Source of the DNA: Bilabrum cf. latius
Lineage: Eukaryota
Direction of reading: 5' to 3'
Assembly (NCBI GenBank): GCA_965178125.1
Contig: OZ237750.1
Coordinates: forward strand, 248,001-312,000
Length of the DNA: 64,000 nt
Shown: positions 1-11,523 of the stretch, one piece after another
Layout: every line of letters begins with the position of its first letter
Numbering within the stretch: the stretch's first letter is position 1
Position numbers and translations under genes: made by a program
The notes under the pieces: generated by a model
What the model saw: the letters and a program-made list of their open reading frames with translations, nothing else
What the model was told of the DNA's origin: nothing
The model's database searches: none

Positions 1-456
1 TCCAGCTATACGAGCAAGGTACTCGAAGAAGGTGTAAGAGGTTAGGAATACGATCACCAGTACTCCAATGAAAAATAAGACTAGAGCAATCCTCATAAGT
101 CCTATCAGTAAGTCCCCGCCACGATACCACAACCACCAGAGATGAGCCTTGATCGTGTTGCCTTTCGTGGACTTTATCTCGTGCTCGGTCCTCCGCATCT
201 CTTCTTTCGCCTTCTTCGCATAGCTCTGTTTAATACGATTGATCCGGTACTTCATCTCGTCCACATCGTCTGCTTGGTCAAGAATCAGTTTCTCACATTC
301 CTCCGTCGTCAGTTCATCATCCCGTTTATCTTTAACAGGGGCATTCTGTTGATTCTCAGCAGTTCCACCAGAACCATCGTCATATGACCCAATTATTTTC
401 CTTCTCCTAGATTGAGACGGTTGACGGGTTCGTGAATTGGACCGGCCAGAGGACAT
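1..456 (-). CDS. Hypothetical membrane protein, partial (runs off window start)
   Basis: Own translation: ATG at 456, 152 open codons MSSGRSNSRTRQPSQ...KAHLWWLWYRGGDLLIGLMRIALVLFFIGVLVIVFLTSYTFFEYLARIAG; charged helical region then a hydrophobic helix; absent from the ORF track because no stop lies inside the window. Confidence 0.6.
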   Translation of the reverse strand, partial: MSSGRSNSRTRQPSQSRRRKIIGSYDDGSGGTAENQQNAPVKDKRDDELTTEECEKLILDQADDVDEMKYRINRIKQSYAKKAKEEMRRTEHEIKSTKGNTIKAHLWWLWYRGGDLLIGLMRIALVLFFIGVLVIVFLTSYTFFEYLARIAG

Positions 457-640
457 TTTGACCCTATTTTGTGTGAATGGTGGCTAATCAATCCGATCGC
501 AATAAATAAGATTTTTTCAAATATCACATAACTCAATACACCTACGCGCCCAGAATTGCGGAAATATATCTTAAATAGCTATAATATTACCGCAATTTGG
601 GGCATTAGACAAGACTTATTTTCTTGATAAATGTTATAGA

Positions 641-1567
641 ATGGTAGAGATTCAAGAACCAGATATCTTTTATATTAACTCATAGGATACTATAACATCT
701 ATTAATACTAATAGACCAGTATCAATACATGAACAGCGTCAAGGTAATATCTTGACAAATTCACAAAACTACTTATTATCACTTGACCGATGGACTCTTA
801 AATGTCGTATTCCTTTATTTGTAGCAAGTAAAGAAGTAAAGAATAGCGATAATTAGTCAATTTATAAGATGTCGTTTGTGAAGAAGAGTGATGGAACTAC
901 TTACACTCGTAATATTGTCTTAACCAAGTCGTTATATTATAGTCTTAAGACCTTATCTAATGAATTTAATAATACTCTTAGTGATTTATGTGGAGATGCT
1001 AGTATTCCAACTGATAGTATAGTATTTGAATATCACGGTAAGACTAAAACTTTTAGTTTCACCCGTTTAGCGGCTTTTACAAGTGCGTGGACTTTAAGTT
1101 TTAACTTTCCTTTATTCTCTATATTTGAGACATTTGAATATGATGATGAAGGTAAAGACATTAAAAGTGATACTTATATAAATCTTTTAGATGGATACAA
1201 TGAATAGAGTGCTTCTACCTTAGATTAGTTTCCTACTATGGAGTATATTCAAATTATTAGTCCATCTCTTCCAATACTTCCAGAATTTACACCATCATAT
1301 AAAAGTACATCTAGTACAGAGATACAAAGTGAAAATATCTTAAGTGATTTCAAGATAGACAATACAACAGGAACAAGTTTTATTAAAATAAACTTTAGTA
1401 GTGGAGGAAATCATAGATGGCAATAGTTCTATAGATCAGCATTTAATAGTTATAGTATAGTACCGTATTTTAGAGATACTTTTGGAAACTTATACGAAAT
1501 ACCCTTTACTTTTGGACAAGGACTTAATATAAAAGCTCTATTTAAAAGTAAAAAGTTAATAACTTAA
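641..1567 (+). CDS. Virophage minor capsid (penton) protein, 308 aa with TAG=Gln
   Basis: Track ORFs 869 and 1238 share one frame joined by TAGs; N-terminal YLLSLDRWTLKCRIPLF and C-terminal YFRDTFGNLYEIPFTFGQGLNIKALF resemble virophage penton ends; directly upstream of the MCP; ends TAA. Confidence 0.75.
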
Positions 1568-1609
1568 AGTTAAAAATAAATAAATATCTTTAGTCTTAAT
1601 ATATTTATA

Positions 1610-3496
1610 ATGTCTGATATGGATAATGTACCTGTAGCAGCACAAAGCAAAGTCGTAGATGACGTCTCAGAACTACCAGTAACTCAAATAGCTGACGAAA
1701 AACTCAACTTTGTGGGTGATAGTCAAGCTATTACTCTCGGAACTACCCTTGGATACTCTTCCAAGTTTCAAAACCACTACGAACCAGATGGTGGTAACTC
1801 TAGCGCAACTAATGCATTTAGAAGTAATTATACTTTCGTAGTGCCATCAAATCAAGGAATGACTGACAGTAATCCCCGTCTAAGAGTTTCATTTGACGTA
1901 TACATCTATGATAGTTAGAACAATGGAGCAGTAGCTCAAACTGATATCGTCAATAAGGTAGCCCCTTCTACATTTATGGTAAATTCAATGATCACAAGTT
2001 CCACAGTTAAAATGGGAGACTTATCTCGTAGTTCATCACCTTATCAATTAGTCAATTTAATAGCTAGAAGTCTTGACCGTGCCACTCTAGCACAAATAAG
2101 TCCTGTCTTTTAGGCTGATAACACTTGGGAATTTAATACTGCCGCAAATGGTCTTGCTAAGTCTGTCCTTCAATGGGGTGTAAATGATGATAGTATTATG
2201 GAAGCTCGCGGTCCTGGTAAGAATTACCGCGCAACACTTGAAAAAGTGGATGCTAATACTCCAATACCTAATAATAATGTAACACCAACTCAAGACTATG
2301 TCAAATTACATATTGAAATCTCTGAAGCACTTCTTGCACGTCCTTTCCAATATATGATGGGTGGTAATGCTAGACCTTTTGTTGATCATCCACAATTAAA
2401 TGTTAATTTACAAATGAGAAATAACTTAATTGATAAGATGTTTAATACTTCAAGTGATTGGAATGGAGACTATGCTTTTGCTTTATCCGATTGCTAGATC
2501 CATTTTGATGTCTTTACTTATAATACTCATCTTAACTTCTTGAAGAAAGTACCTAAACAAATATTCTACAACTCTGTTGACTTTGAACTACATGAAGAGC
2601 CTAAACTTGATAATCCTATCACTACTAAAGGTGTCCATACTTTTAATAATTATCAACTTTAGACTTGCCCTTCTTGGTTTGCTGTGTGCTTAGTTGATTC
2701 TCAATATGGAGAAGCTAGTGGTACACCTCATAGAACACTTGCCATTAACAATATTAAAGTACAACTTAGGTCTTAGGGTTCTATTTTAGGAGAACTTACA
2801 CAAGACGATATCTTTAGACTTAGTGAAAGAAATGGATCAAATAGTGAGTATGCTTCTTTTACTAACTTAGATGTAACTGTAGGAGGTGCTTCTAAAGTAT
2901 ACGGATCTAATGGCTGGCTCTTATTTAGACTTAGTGATTTAAATACTCCTGAAACTATTCAAAGCAACAGTGCTGACCCTATTAGTATTCGTGTTCAAGT
3001 AGCCTATGACGAACCCCCAACCGCTGCTATGTCTCAAGGATATAAAGCTCAATTATTCTGTGCCTATGACAAGATTATCGTGAATACTAGAGGTGCCGCT
3101 ATTGAATGGCGTGAAGATAGTGCTTCTGTTGACCCTGAGAAAGTGGCTAAACCTTCTAATTATACATTTTCTAATATGAACTACTCTAAGAACGTATTAG
3201 GTGGAAGACGTCGTAAAGTGATGCAATTCTTTAAGAGAGCCTTTAACAAAGCTAAAGACTTAGGACGTAAAGTGGTAGACTTTGGAAAGAAAGCTAAAGC
3301 TAAATTTGATAAAGTGAAACCAGCTCTTCGTAAAGCAAGGCAAGCAGTAAGTGAATACTTACCCGATGAAGTGAATGACTTAGCTGAACGTGTTGGAGCA
3401 GGTCTTTTAACTAGTGGTGGAAGTCTTTTGACCAGTGGAGGTAAGAAATTAACTAAGGCTCAACTTATGAAACTTAGAAAGTAGCTCAATATGTGA
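1610..3496 (+). CDS. Virophage major capsid protein, 628 aa with TAG=Gln
   Basis: Track ORFs 1610, 2198 and 3029 share one frame; beta-rich body, then a GG-preceded basic C-terminal tail (LGGRRRK...TSGGSLLTSGGKKLTKAQL) like the protease-cleaved tail of virophage MCPs; ends TGA. Confidence 0.8.
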
Positions 3497-3683
3497 GTCG
3501 TAAATTATTAATTAATATTTAAAAGTTATAAATATTGACTAAATTTAAAAACTCAATACGGGTACGCGCCCAGAATTGCGAAAATATATCTTGAATAGCT
3601 ATAATATTACCGCAATTTCGGGCGTTCATATCTTAAGACTAGTTTAAATATTACGCCATTAAATATCCACTATATATATAGTT

Positions 3684-4106
3684 ATGGCAGCAGTATCACC
3701 GTGTGAAGACTTACTTTATATGGAGTATTCATTCTTATTCTTACCACATAGAGAAGACCCAACACTTAAATCTCAAAAGGTTTACTTAGATGATGAATTT
3801 GAAGGAGACCCAGAAGAAATAGTAATAGATAAAGACTAGATACAAGTAAATAATAGAGGTCATATAAAGACATATGTAAGTGAAGGAGGCTTTACAAAGT
3901 TAAAGGTAGGATAGATAATTGAAGAGATGGAGCAAGAGGTGCGTAATTAGAATGGTATTCATTATGATTGTATTTTTTATCATAAAGTTGAACACGACAC
4001 GAGCACAGATATTTATAAAGTAGTATGGGGGTGGTATCCAGCAGACTTTCCAACAAATGGATGCGACCCTGCTATCTTGTATAAGAAACCCCCTAATATG
4101 GATTAA
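3684..4106 (+). CDS. Hypothetical acidic protein, 140 aa (3 in-frame TAG), cassette 1
   Basis: ATG follows the shared leader; MAAVSPCEDLLYMEY...KKPPNMD, TAA; missed by the ORF track. Confidence 0.7.
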
Positions 4107-4248
4107 TTATTAAAAACTCAATACGGGTACGCGCCCAGAATTGCGGAAATATATCTTGAATAGCTATAATATTACCGCAATTTCGGGCGGTCATATCTAA
4201 AGACTAGTTTAAATATTACGCCGAAAAATATCCACTATATATATAGTA

Positions 4249-4638
4249 ATGTCAGATAAAGTAGATTTAAAAATATCGTTTTCTCAAAGTCTTGTATCAA
4301 GTGTAAACCTTGATTGGGATGGAATAGGTAAGATGTTATGTGGAAAAATCACAAGTAAGATAGAAGGAAATGAGATAGTGTTAAGACAAATAGGTCAACC
4401 GACTCCAAAAGATGGAATGATGGAGTTCTCATATACGACCGACTATAAAGCAAATCAAGTTTTTGAATTACTTAAAGACTTAACTGATGAAAGACAAGAC
4501 GCGATTATGGGATACGTTCAGTGTAAGTTAAGTGATAGCAACAGGAAAAGAAGACCATTAACTGAAGAAGATCACAGACAAATGATTCTGGATGCTATGG
4601 ATAGGAGTGTTAAAGAATATAAAAAACATATGTCATAA
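4249..4638 (+). CDS. Hypothetical protein, 129 aa, cassette 2
   Basis: Track ORF following the shared ~135-bp leader; ends TAA. Confidence 0.75.
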   Translation: MSDKVDLKISFSQSLVSSVNLDWDGIGKMLCGKITSKIEGNEIVLRQIGQPTPKDGMMEFSYTTDYKANQVFELLKDLTDERQDAIMGYVQCKLSDSNRKRRPLTEEDHRQMILDAMDRSVKEYKKHMS

Positions 4639-4941
4639 TTAAGTCTTAATAATAAAGTCTTAATATTAAAGTTATTAATATTAAGTCATATCTATGTAAT
4701 AAAAAAAAATTTCTTTGAGCTAGTAATTATACCGATGGTTTGACTACTTGGCGAAGTCATTCGTAAGTCATTGTTGTAGCGGAGATGCGAATGTCAACCA
4801 TGGACCGCTATCCCTATTAAGTCTTACGACTAAGTCTGCTACAACCACTTACGACTACTTCTACAGTATCCAAACTCCCTTCAAAGACTTGCAAGACGTG
4901 TGCTTTGTCATGAAAATGACTTACAGAACGACTTACGGCGA

Positions 4942-5016
4942 TGTCAGTGGTGGGAATCGAACCCACGACCTTGACTTTGTGAAACAATCACGATATCACT
5001 AGACCAAGACCACAAC
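4942..5016 (-). ncRNA. tRNA-like element (degenerate, positional anticodon CAC) with Pol III A and B boxes
   Basis: Minus strand TGGTCTAGTG (A box) and a perfect T-arm GTGGG-TTCGATT-CCCAC preceded by AGGTC; acceptor and anticodon stems pair poorly. Confidence 0.6.
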
Positions 5017-5191
5017 GCACCAAGAGGTAAAAAATATTATATTCAAATAAATTTAAAAATTCAATACACCTACGCGCCCAGAATTGCGGAAATATATCTT
5101 AAATAGCTATAATATTACCGCAATTTCGGGCGGTCATATCTTAAGACTAGTTTATTACTTTCGCCAAAAAATATCCACTATATATATAGTA

Positions 5192-5542
5192 ATGTCAGAT
5201 AAAGAAGATATCAAAATTGAACTATCTCAAAATTTTATAGATGAATGTCTTGTTAAAGGTGTAGGTGTCGATGATGTAGTCAGTAGTATAGGTAAAAGTA
5301 TTGAGAATCACTTTGATAAATATGTATGGATGAAACCAAAAGACAAAGGTGATGGTTATCGTTAGAATGTCTTTAGTTTTAAATTCGACAATATTATCAA
5401 GAAACTCGAAAGTACATTGGAACAGTTAGAATATGAAGAGCAAGTGAAACACGTCTAGGAGCTGATGTATCGTGTTGAAAGAAGTGAATGTGAAAGGAAG
5501 AAGAGAGAAGAAAAAATTAAAAAGACAAAAAGAGACCACTAA
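5192..5542 (+). CDS. Hypothetical protein, 116 aa (2 in-frame TAG), cassette 3
   Basis: MSDKEDIKIELSQ N-terminus resembles cassette 2 (MSDKVDLKISFSQ); ends TAA. Confidence 0.7.
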
Positions 5543-5604
5543 GTCATTTTATATAAGGTATGTATTATTAAGTCTTATTAAGTTTTTTATTAATAAGTCA
5601 TAAT

Positions 5605-8403
5605 TTAATTTTGTTGTTCTAGTGGATCATTATCCTCATCAACAAATAAAGCGGGGTCCAAGTCAACCTCTATCTCTTCATCGGGTAATTGAACCTCTTC
5701 ATCATCAACAAATATATCTACTTCACGAGTCTTTTTCTTGTTAGACCAGATATATTCCATCTCATCAATAATATCCTAATTAAATTCTACATCATAGTTA
5801 ATTTTCTTTTTCTTACAAGTCATAAATATGTCTTTCCCAAACATTGATTTATATACTTTAAGTATTTCGTAATAGAGACCTTTATCAGTGGATAGGTCAA
5901 CTTTACTTCTTCTTTGGCAGTCATACACTGTCCTATATTCATCTGTTAAGTCTTGATCTAATACTTTCTTTTTGATATTATAATCAAGATTAGTTCTTTT
6001 AAGACCCAAAGTATCAATCATCTTATTAAGTAAGACTAATTTTCTAGAACTAGACTTAGCATTGATAATATCAAACTCGCCTTTATTAATTGCTTTCACA
6101 AGTAAGTGTTTATCATCTTGTCTAAAGAATTTATTGAAATTAAATAAATTAGATAACTTACCTTTATTAATAAAGTACTCTTTGTATTTGTCAATATCAC
6201 CTTCATCTAAGTCTAAGTATTTATTGATCTTCTTGACATTAAGACAATTAATATCAAAATTTTCAAGTTGTTTTTCTTTAATGGTATCTTTGATTTCTTT
6301 ATCCTTACATCTGGTGATCTTAACAGATAAATCATAAGACACGTCATAACCGGTATCAATTAACTACTTGATCATATGTAATTTAGGGTTTGTCTTATAA
6401 CAATCTACCTTGTAAAGATAATTACGATATAGTTTCTTGAATATGATTTTAACTTTGCTCATTTCTTCTTCTACTTTGTCTTCTACTTCTACCTCGTTGA
6501 AGTCGGGATATGTATCACTGACAAATTTAACTAATTCTTCGTAGTCTTTTAAAGAGGTAGCCATAAAAGATTTAACTTGTGAAAGACTTTCATATGTGCT
6601 AGATCGTCCTTTCTAGTAATCAAAAAATATAGTGATATGTGATGGGTTTCTACATCTGTTAAGCTATTGAACCATTTGGGGAGGTGTGATAGTATGACCT
6701 TTGAAATAACCAAAGACTGGTCTAGTCATAGTGCTATCTATCCCGTAAATGACTTTAGGTGAGAAGATAATGATATCAAACATATCCATATCATAGTCTT
6801 TGTCTTCGCTTTCTGCTGTAAGTATTAAGATTTTATTTAATTTCTTATCTTTCTCGTTATCTATAATTTTAAGACTAATTAACTCATTGATTATATCAGC
6901 TTTTGTCTTACTATCACTAGCAAGCATAAATTTCTTGTGTTTCATTAACTCATCTCTAAAAGTCTGTTCGTCATTAACAAATACAGTTTTGGTGCCCTTG
7001 AACCTGTTTCTGTCATTCCTAATATATTGATAATCTAATTTTAATAATTCTAAGAAATATAGAGCATCTTGAGATAAGTCAGCATCTGCTACTATGAACT
7101 ACTTACAAGTGGTAAGAGCACGAATAAGAGTAATGAAACTCATTGGTCGCCTACCATATAAAGTCGTAGAACTTAAACAGTGTTCTAAGATACTATTAAA
7201 CTCATCTAAAAAGACAATATAATCCTTAAAGTTATAATTGCTAAGACTAACAATACTTTCAGGAGTAATAACAATACTATCACCCTATTTGTATTTATGG
7301 TCTTGATAGAATTTAGTTGATTTTGGAAGACTACGCATCTATTGCTTACCTAATAAAATACGACTTACAACTGATAAAAAGCTGTCATCTACTCTATTAA
7401 ATAAATCATTAGCAGCAGTTGTCTTTCCAGAACCAGCCCCCGACTTAACGGCATAGTTGATACCTTTCTTAAAGAATTTAATATAACGACCTTTGTCGTC
7501 AGCAGTCAAATATCTACGGTCAATCTTCTAATTGACTTTCTTGACTACTTTATTCTTGAATATCTTGTATCGATAATATAGGCTAAGTCGTTTCTTTTCA
7601 CTATCTAACTAATTAAAGAACCATTCAACACATTGAAAAGTGGAATTTTCTAATAATCGAGTAAAAATTATCTTGTTCTTAGTCGACTAATAGCTTTCTA
7701 CGTCTTGTTTGCTCCATTCATCAAACATATCATATACCTTATTACCATCTACTGGATTTAAGTATTTAGCGATATAACTTGTAGCTCTACAAACTAGATG
7801 CCAGTTATATGAATTAGAATAATACTCTTTACCTAATTGATATAAGTATTGTTTGTATTCTTCGGGTTTAATCATATAACGGTAGTCTTCAGCTGTAAGT
7901 TGTGGTGAATAGATATTTTGTAGTATGAACATCTTGACGTCAGTTGGTATTCTTTTCACGGATGTCTTTTGTATTAGTTCGTATTTCTTACCGTTGATAG
8001 AGCTAGGAGGACACATGATAAAGCTATCATTTGTGATCACATCTATATGTTCTTTTCTATTTACTGACCTCTTACTAAACTCTTCTTCATACTTAAAATA
8101 CAAATGATATCCATTGGGAGACTTGACAGTGTAAGTATTCATCTCTTGAATAAACTTATCAACACTACCATATTCCGCAATAAACTTACCATTTTGAAAT
8201 TCAGTTTTATTTTTCTCTTTTTCACAATCTAAGTCAAGGACAAAGAAACCTGCACGTCTTCCAGTTAGTAATCCAACATTAAGATTTGACTTTCTGGTGA
8301 TAAGTTTAGTAGATTCCAAATTCTACCAAGACTTAATAAGTGGTTGTTTAGAGTTGTGAGCTATTGAGAAATAAACAGGGTTAGATATGTGTTCGGTCGT
8401 CAT
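5605..8403 (-). CDS. Bifunctional primase-polymerase fused to SF2 origin-binding-protein-like helicase, 932 aa with TAG=Gln
   Basis: Four track ORFs in one frame; prim-pol motifs KQPLIKSW, NVGLLTG..FFVLDLD, KSPNGYHLYF; PriCT-like FDEWSK; helicase motifs KSGAGSGKTT, VFLDEFNS, DADLS, QQLNRCR; ends TAA. Confidence 0.8.
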
Positions 8404-8433
8404 TCTAGTATATACTATACTAAAGATAATTTT

Positions 8434-8646
8434 TTAAGTCATTTTCTAGACGCACTATTTTGGCTTAAAGGATTGAGATGGATTTTCGCGCACAACTAGA
8501 GTATTTTTAAATTTTTCAATTTCTGCTGGGGATTTCCCGATTAGTAAATAACTTATAGTCTCTTGAAACTCTATTGGTAAGTCTTGTAATTGATGTATTG
8601 GTTTATTGATAACTTGATTATTTGATTTGGTATCTATTAAATCCAT
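8434..8646 (-). CDS. Small hypothetical protein, 70 aa
   Basis: Track ORF extended through TAGs to TAA; AT-rich CTTAA...TATAGTA leader. Confidence 0.45.
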
Positions 8647-8678
8647 TATTAATAATACTATAATAATAGAATATATTT

Positions 8679-8888
8679 TTAAGTCTTATTTAATCCTTCT
8701 GTATCTGGTTCATCCTTAACCTGTTTTCTCTTCTAATAGTACCCCTTCCATTTCTCTTGATTCTTTTGGTAATATTTCTATTTAGCTTTTTTAATAGCTT
8801 CTTTCTTTTTGGTCTCCTATTCCTTGAGTCTTTGATAATCTTCCATAATGTCTTGAACCTATTTTAATACATCTTTAATATCTGGCAT
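8679..8888 (-). CDS. Small basic helical viral protein, 69 aa (4 TAG)
   Basis: MPDIKDVLKQVQD...KKAKQKYYQKNQEKWKGYYQKRK; KYYxKNxEK-type motif is common in small proteins of large DNA viruses. Confidence 0.6.
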
Positions 8889-10352
8889 TACTATAGTAAT
8901 ATACTAGATAAATCTTTAAGTTTTTTAAACTAGAAAATGACTTAAAATAAGTGGTATGACTTAGTGAATATGTAAAATTGAATACGGGTGAGCGCCCAGA
9001 ATTGCAAACATAATTTTCTTGATACTTATATATTTCCGCAATTTGGGGCGGTCATATCTGGAGATACAATTTGGGGCGGTCATATTTATTATTAGTTATT
9101 TTAAAATATCTCGTCAAGTGGTTAAGTCTTTTTGTGATATCCCGTTAAGTGGTCAATAAAATGAACGGTAAGTCAAAAAAATTAATCAAAATAAAGAAGT
9201 AGTTGATTATTGATTATTGAAGACACCTACGCGCCCAGAATTGCGACAATATCTCTTAATATCCTAATATATTTCCGCAATTTCGGGCCGTCATTTCTGG
9301 ACATTTAATATAGCACATACTAGAAATATCTTTATTACAAAATTACACCTCTATAAGATAACTATGTCAAAATTAACAAAATATAAAACTCAATACACCT
9401 ACGCGCCCAGAATTGCGACAATATATCTTAATATCCTAATATATTACCGCAATTTCGGGCGCTAGTATTATACTATACCATATTTTATTATCCTATATTT
9501 TCCATTTAATCTAGTGATTAATCATTTCAAAGTAATACACTTGACATAAACCAGTTCATTGAGTCATTTTAAAGTCATCGTCAAAACATTTATCATTTTT
9601 AAGTTATCCCGCTTTGTATTCCTTTATATCATATACTCAAACAAAGGACTTTAACATATTTAAAGAATTATGAAAAATAAAAATCAATACACCTACGCGC
9701 CCAGAATTGCAGAAATATATCTTGAATAGCTATAATATTACCGCAATTTCGGGCGATAGATAAAAGAATGTATTTTTAAGGGGATACCCTTATATTTGAA
9801 GTTTTGAAGAGATGACATATAAAAGACTTTATAAAGTGATTAATATCTCCTTCTAGTTATATTTAAATATTCAATTATTTAAGTATAGATTGACAAGTAA
9901 TAAAAAAAGAGATAAATTAAGTTGATATATTAGTTTAGTTTTATTTATTAATTTAAATTTTTCATTGGAAGTATTAAAAAGACTTTAATACTTCTGTCAA
10001 TCTCTTTAAGTATTTATTTAGTTATTTTCTAAAGTGGTAAATGTCAATTGATACTTAAAACCAAATCATAATATAAAACTCAATACACCTACGCGCCCAG
10101 AATTGCGAACATATATTCTTAAATGACTATATATTTCCGCAATTTCGGGCGGGCATATCCTAAGACTTAGGCTAGGGATTCACTCAACAGATTAAGTAAA
10201 GTAAAGGTCTAACAGATAGACATTAACGGCGCGAAGGTATTAAATTAGGTAGATATATGAATAAATAGCTATTAAATTATTATGTTCAAGTGAAGGACAT
10301 TATGAAGGACTACGGCTTAAGATGTTGTGAAGTGGTTAATATTGACCTCTTA

Positions 10353-10453
10353 TGTTATCCGCCAAAATGTGGAGTTATGATAACTCTATTTCTACTATAT
10401 AGTAGAAATAGAGTTTACTTATATAAAAACTACACACATTTTGGCGGATAACA
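10353..10453. repeat. Nested palindrome at the terminus of element 1
   Basis: 19-bp perfect inverted repeat TGTTATCCGCCAAAATGTG (10353-10371 / 10435-10453) enclosing a 34-bp perfect palindrome at 10382-10415. Confidence 0.95.
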
Positions 10454-11397
10454 GATGAGGCATTTGGGCGCTGGTTTAGGCCCAGCAAGCCGCGTGCTGC
10501 GTCGCTTCCCGAATTCGGCGCCTGTTCTGCAGAGGGTTCTTTTTCCTCTGCCCCTGCCTTGGCTGGGGCCGAATCTTGCGACCAACTCGGATGCTGCTCC
10601 CTTACGGAACGAGCAAGTAGCTGCTCGTCGGTCGGCGTCGGCCCGAGAGGGCCAAGATCGTCTGGACCTGCGTGTTCGCTGCGTCGTATCTCGGCTGATT
10701 GTTTCGGTGAAATGTCTATGCTGCCATTTTTCTTCTCTTCAACTTGGACGGAATCGTCAGGAGCAGGCGGGGCCAACACACGTCGGCCCCAGCGGCCACT
10801 CCCTGAGCTCGGCGAGGGGTGCCCAGCTGGAAGAGAATTCCTATCGAGTGCAGTCCCCGACTAGGAAAAGCAGTTCTATGTGGATGCGGCTTCGCTGCCG
10901 CTCCGTACCGACCCCGCTTCAGACTGAGGTAGTGACGGGGGCATGAGCCCAGAGCCGAGCTCGTCTGCAGGACCGGCTCCTTCATCTACCGAAGGCCGAT
11001 CGTTGCGCTCGGCCGTATCCGACTACTGGAAAGATTTTCCTACTCTAGTGCTAATGCTACCAGTGCTATCGAGTCGTACCCTGTCGCCGGTTAATTCTTT
11101 CCTTGTTTTATGAGGGCTGGCGCTTACTCGGTGCGCCGTTGAAGCCGTGGCTACTGAATGTGCCCCGCTTGGTGGCAGCGACGGTGCGTTCCATGGCATA
11201 TTCAAATCAGAATCGACGCTACCAGATCGTGTCTTGCCTCTTCCAATTTGCATCTCCTTGCCTACAATGCTATCTCTGTGAGCTGAAACAACATTTGGCG
11301 CGTCAAAAACTTTCTCTTCCAACTTTTGGAGTCGTTCCTGTATAGAAGATAACATTGATAGCACTTGATTCTCGAAACCGGACATGCTCGGCTCCAT
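10454..11397 (-). pseudogene. Host ORF of unknown function, truncated by element 1
   Basis: Track ORFs 11023-11424 and 10375-10779 join in one frame through 3 TAGs; the frame runs straight into AT-rich viral sequence at ~10453. Confidence 0.55.
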
Positions 11398-11523
11398 GTC
11401 CAGAAAATAGCTTGCTGCAACCAACGACTACGAATCATCAGGTTCCGCAGTCCAGAGTGCAATGCGCGGCAAGCTCGGCGAAAGGCGACCAAGTGGATTC
11501 GCCAAAGTCCAGATCAGTCCAAA

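Larger units (their letters stand above)
531..10151 (+). repeat. Dispersed ~74-bp imperfect palindromic repeat, 9 same-orientation copies
   Basis: CGCCCAGAATTGC-(~30 nt AT-rich)-CCGCAATTT(C/G)GGGC at ~531-603, 3551-3624, 4116-4189, 5059-5132, 8978-9050, 9221-9290, 9388-9461, 9683-9755 and 10078-10151; half copy at ~9067. Confidence 0.95.
1..10453. mobile_element. Endogenous virophage-like element 1 (right part only)
   Basis: AT-rich block with penton, MCP and primase-helicase genes, ending abruptly against GC-rich host DNA at ~10453; left end is outside the window; 1-~500 is less AT-rich and may be a separate insert. Confidence 0.85.

Noticed and set aside
4942-5016. Virus-encoded suppressor tRNA explaining the recoding
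   Set aside because: No CTA anticodon; the positional anticodon is CAC (TCA only in an alternative fold) and the stems are broken
3551-10151. CRISPR array
   Set aside because: Repeats are ~74 bp with irregular spacing from ~100 bp to kilobases, some spacers are whole genes, and there are no cas genes
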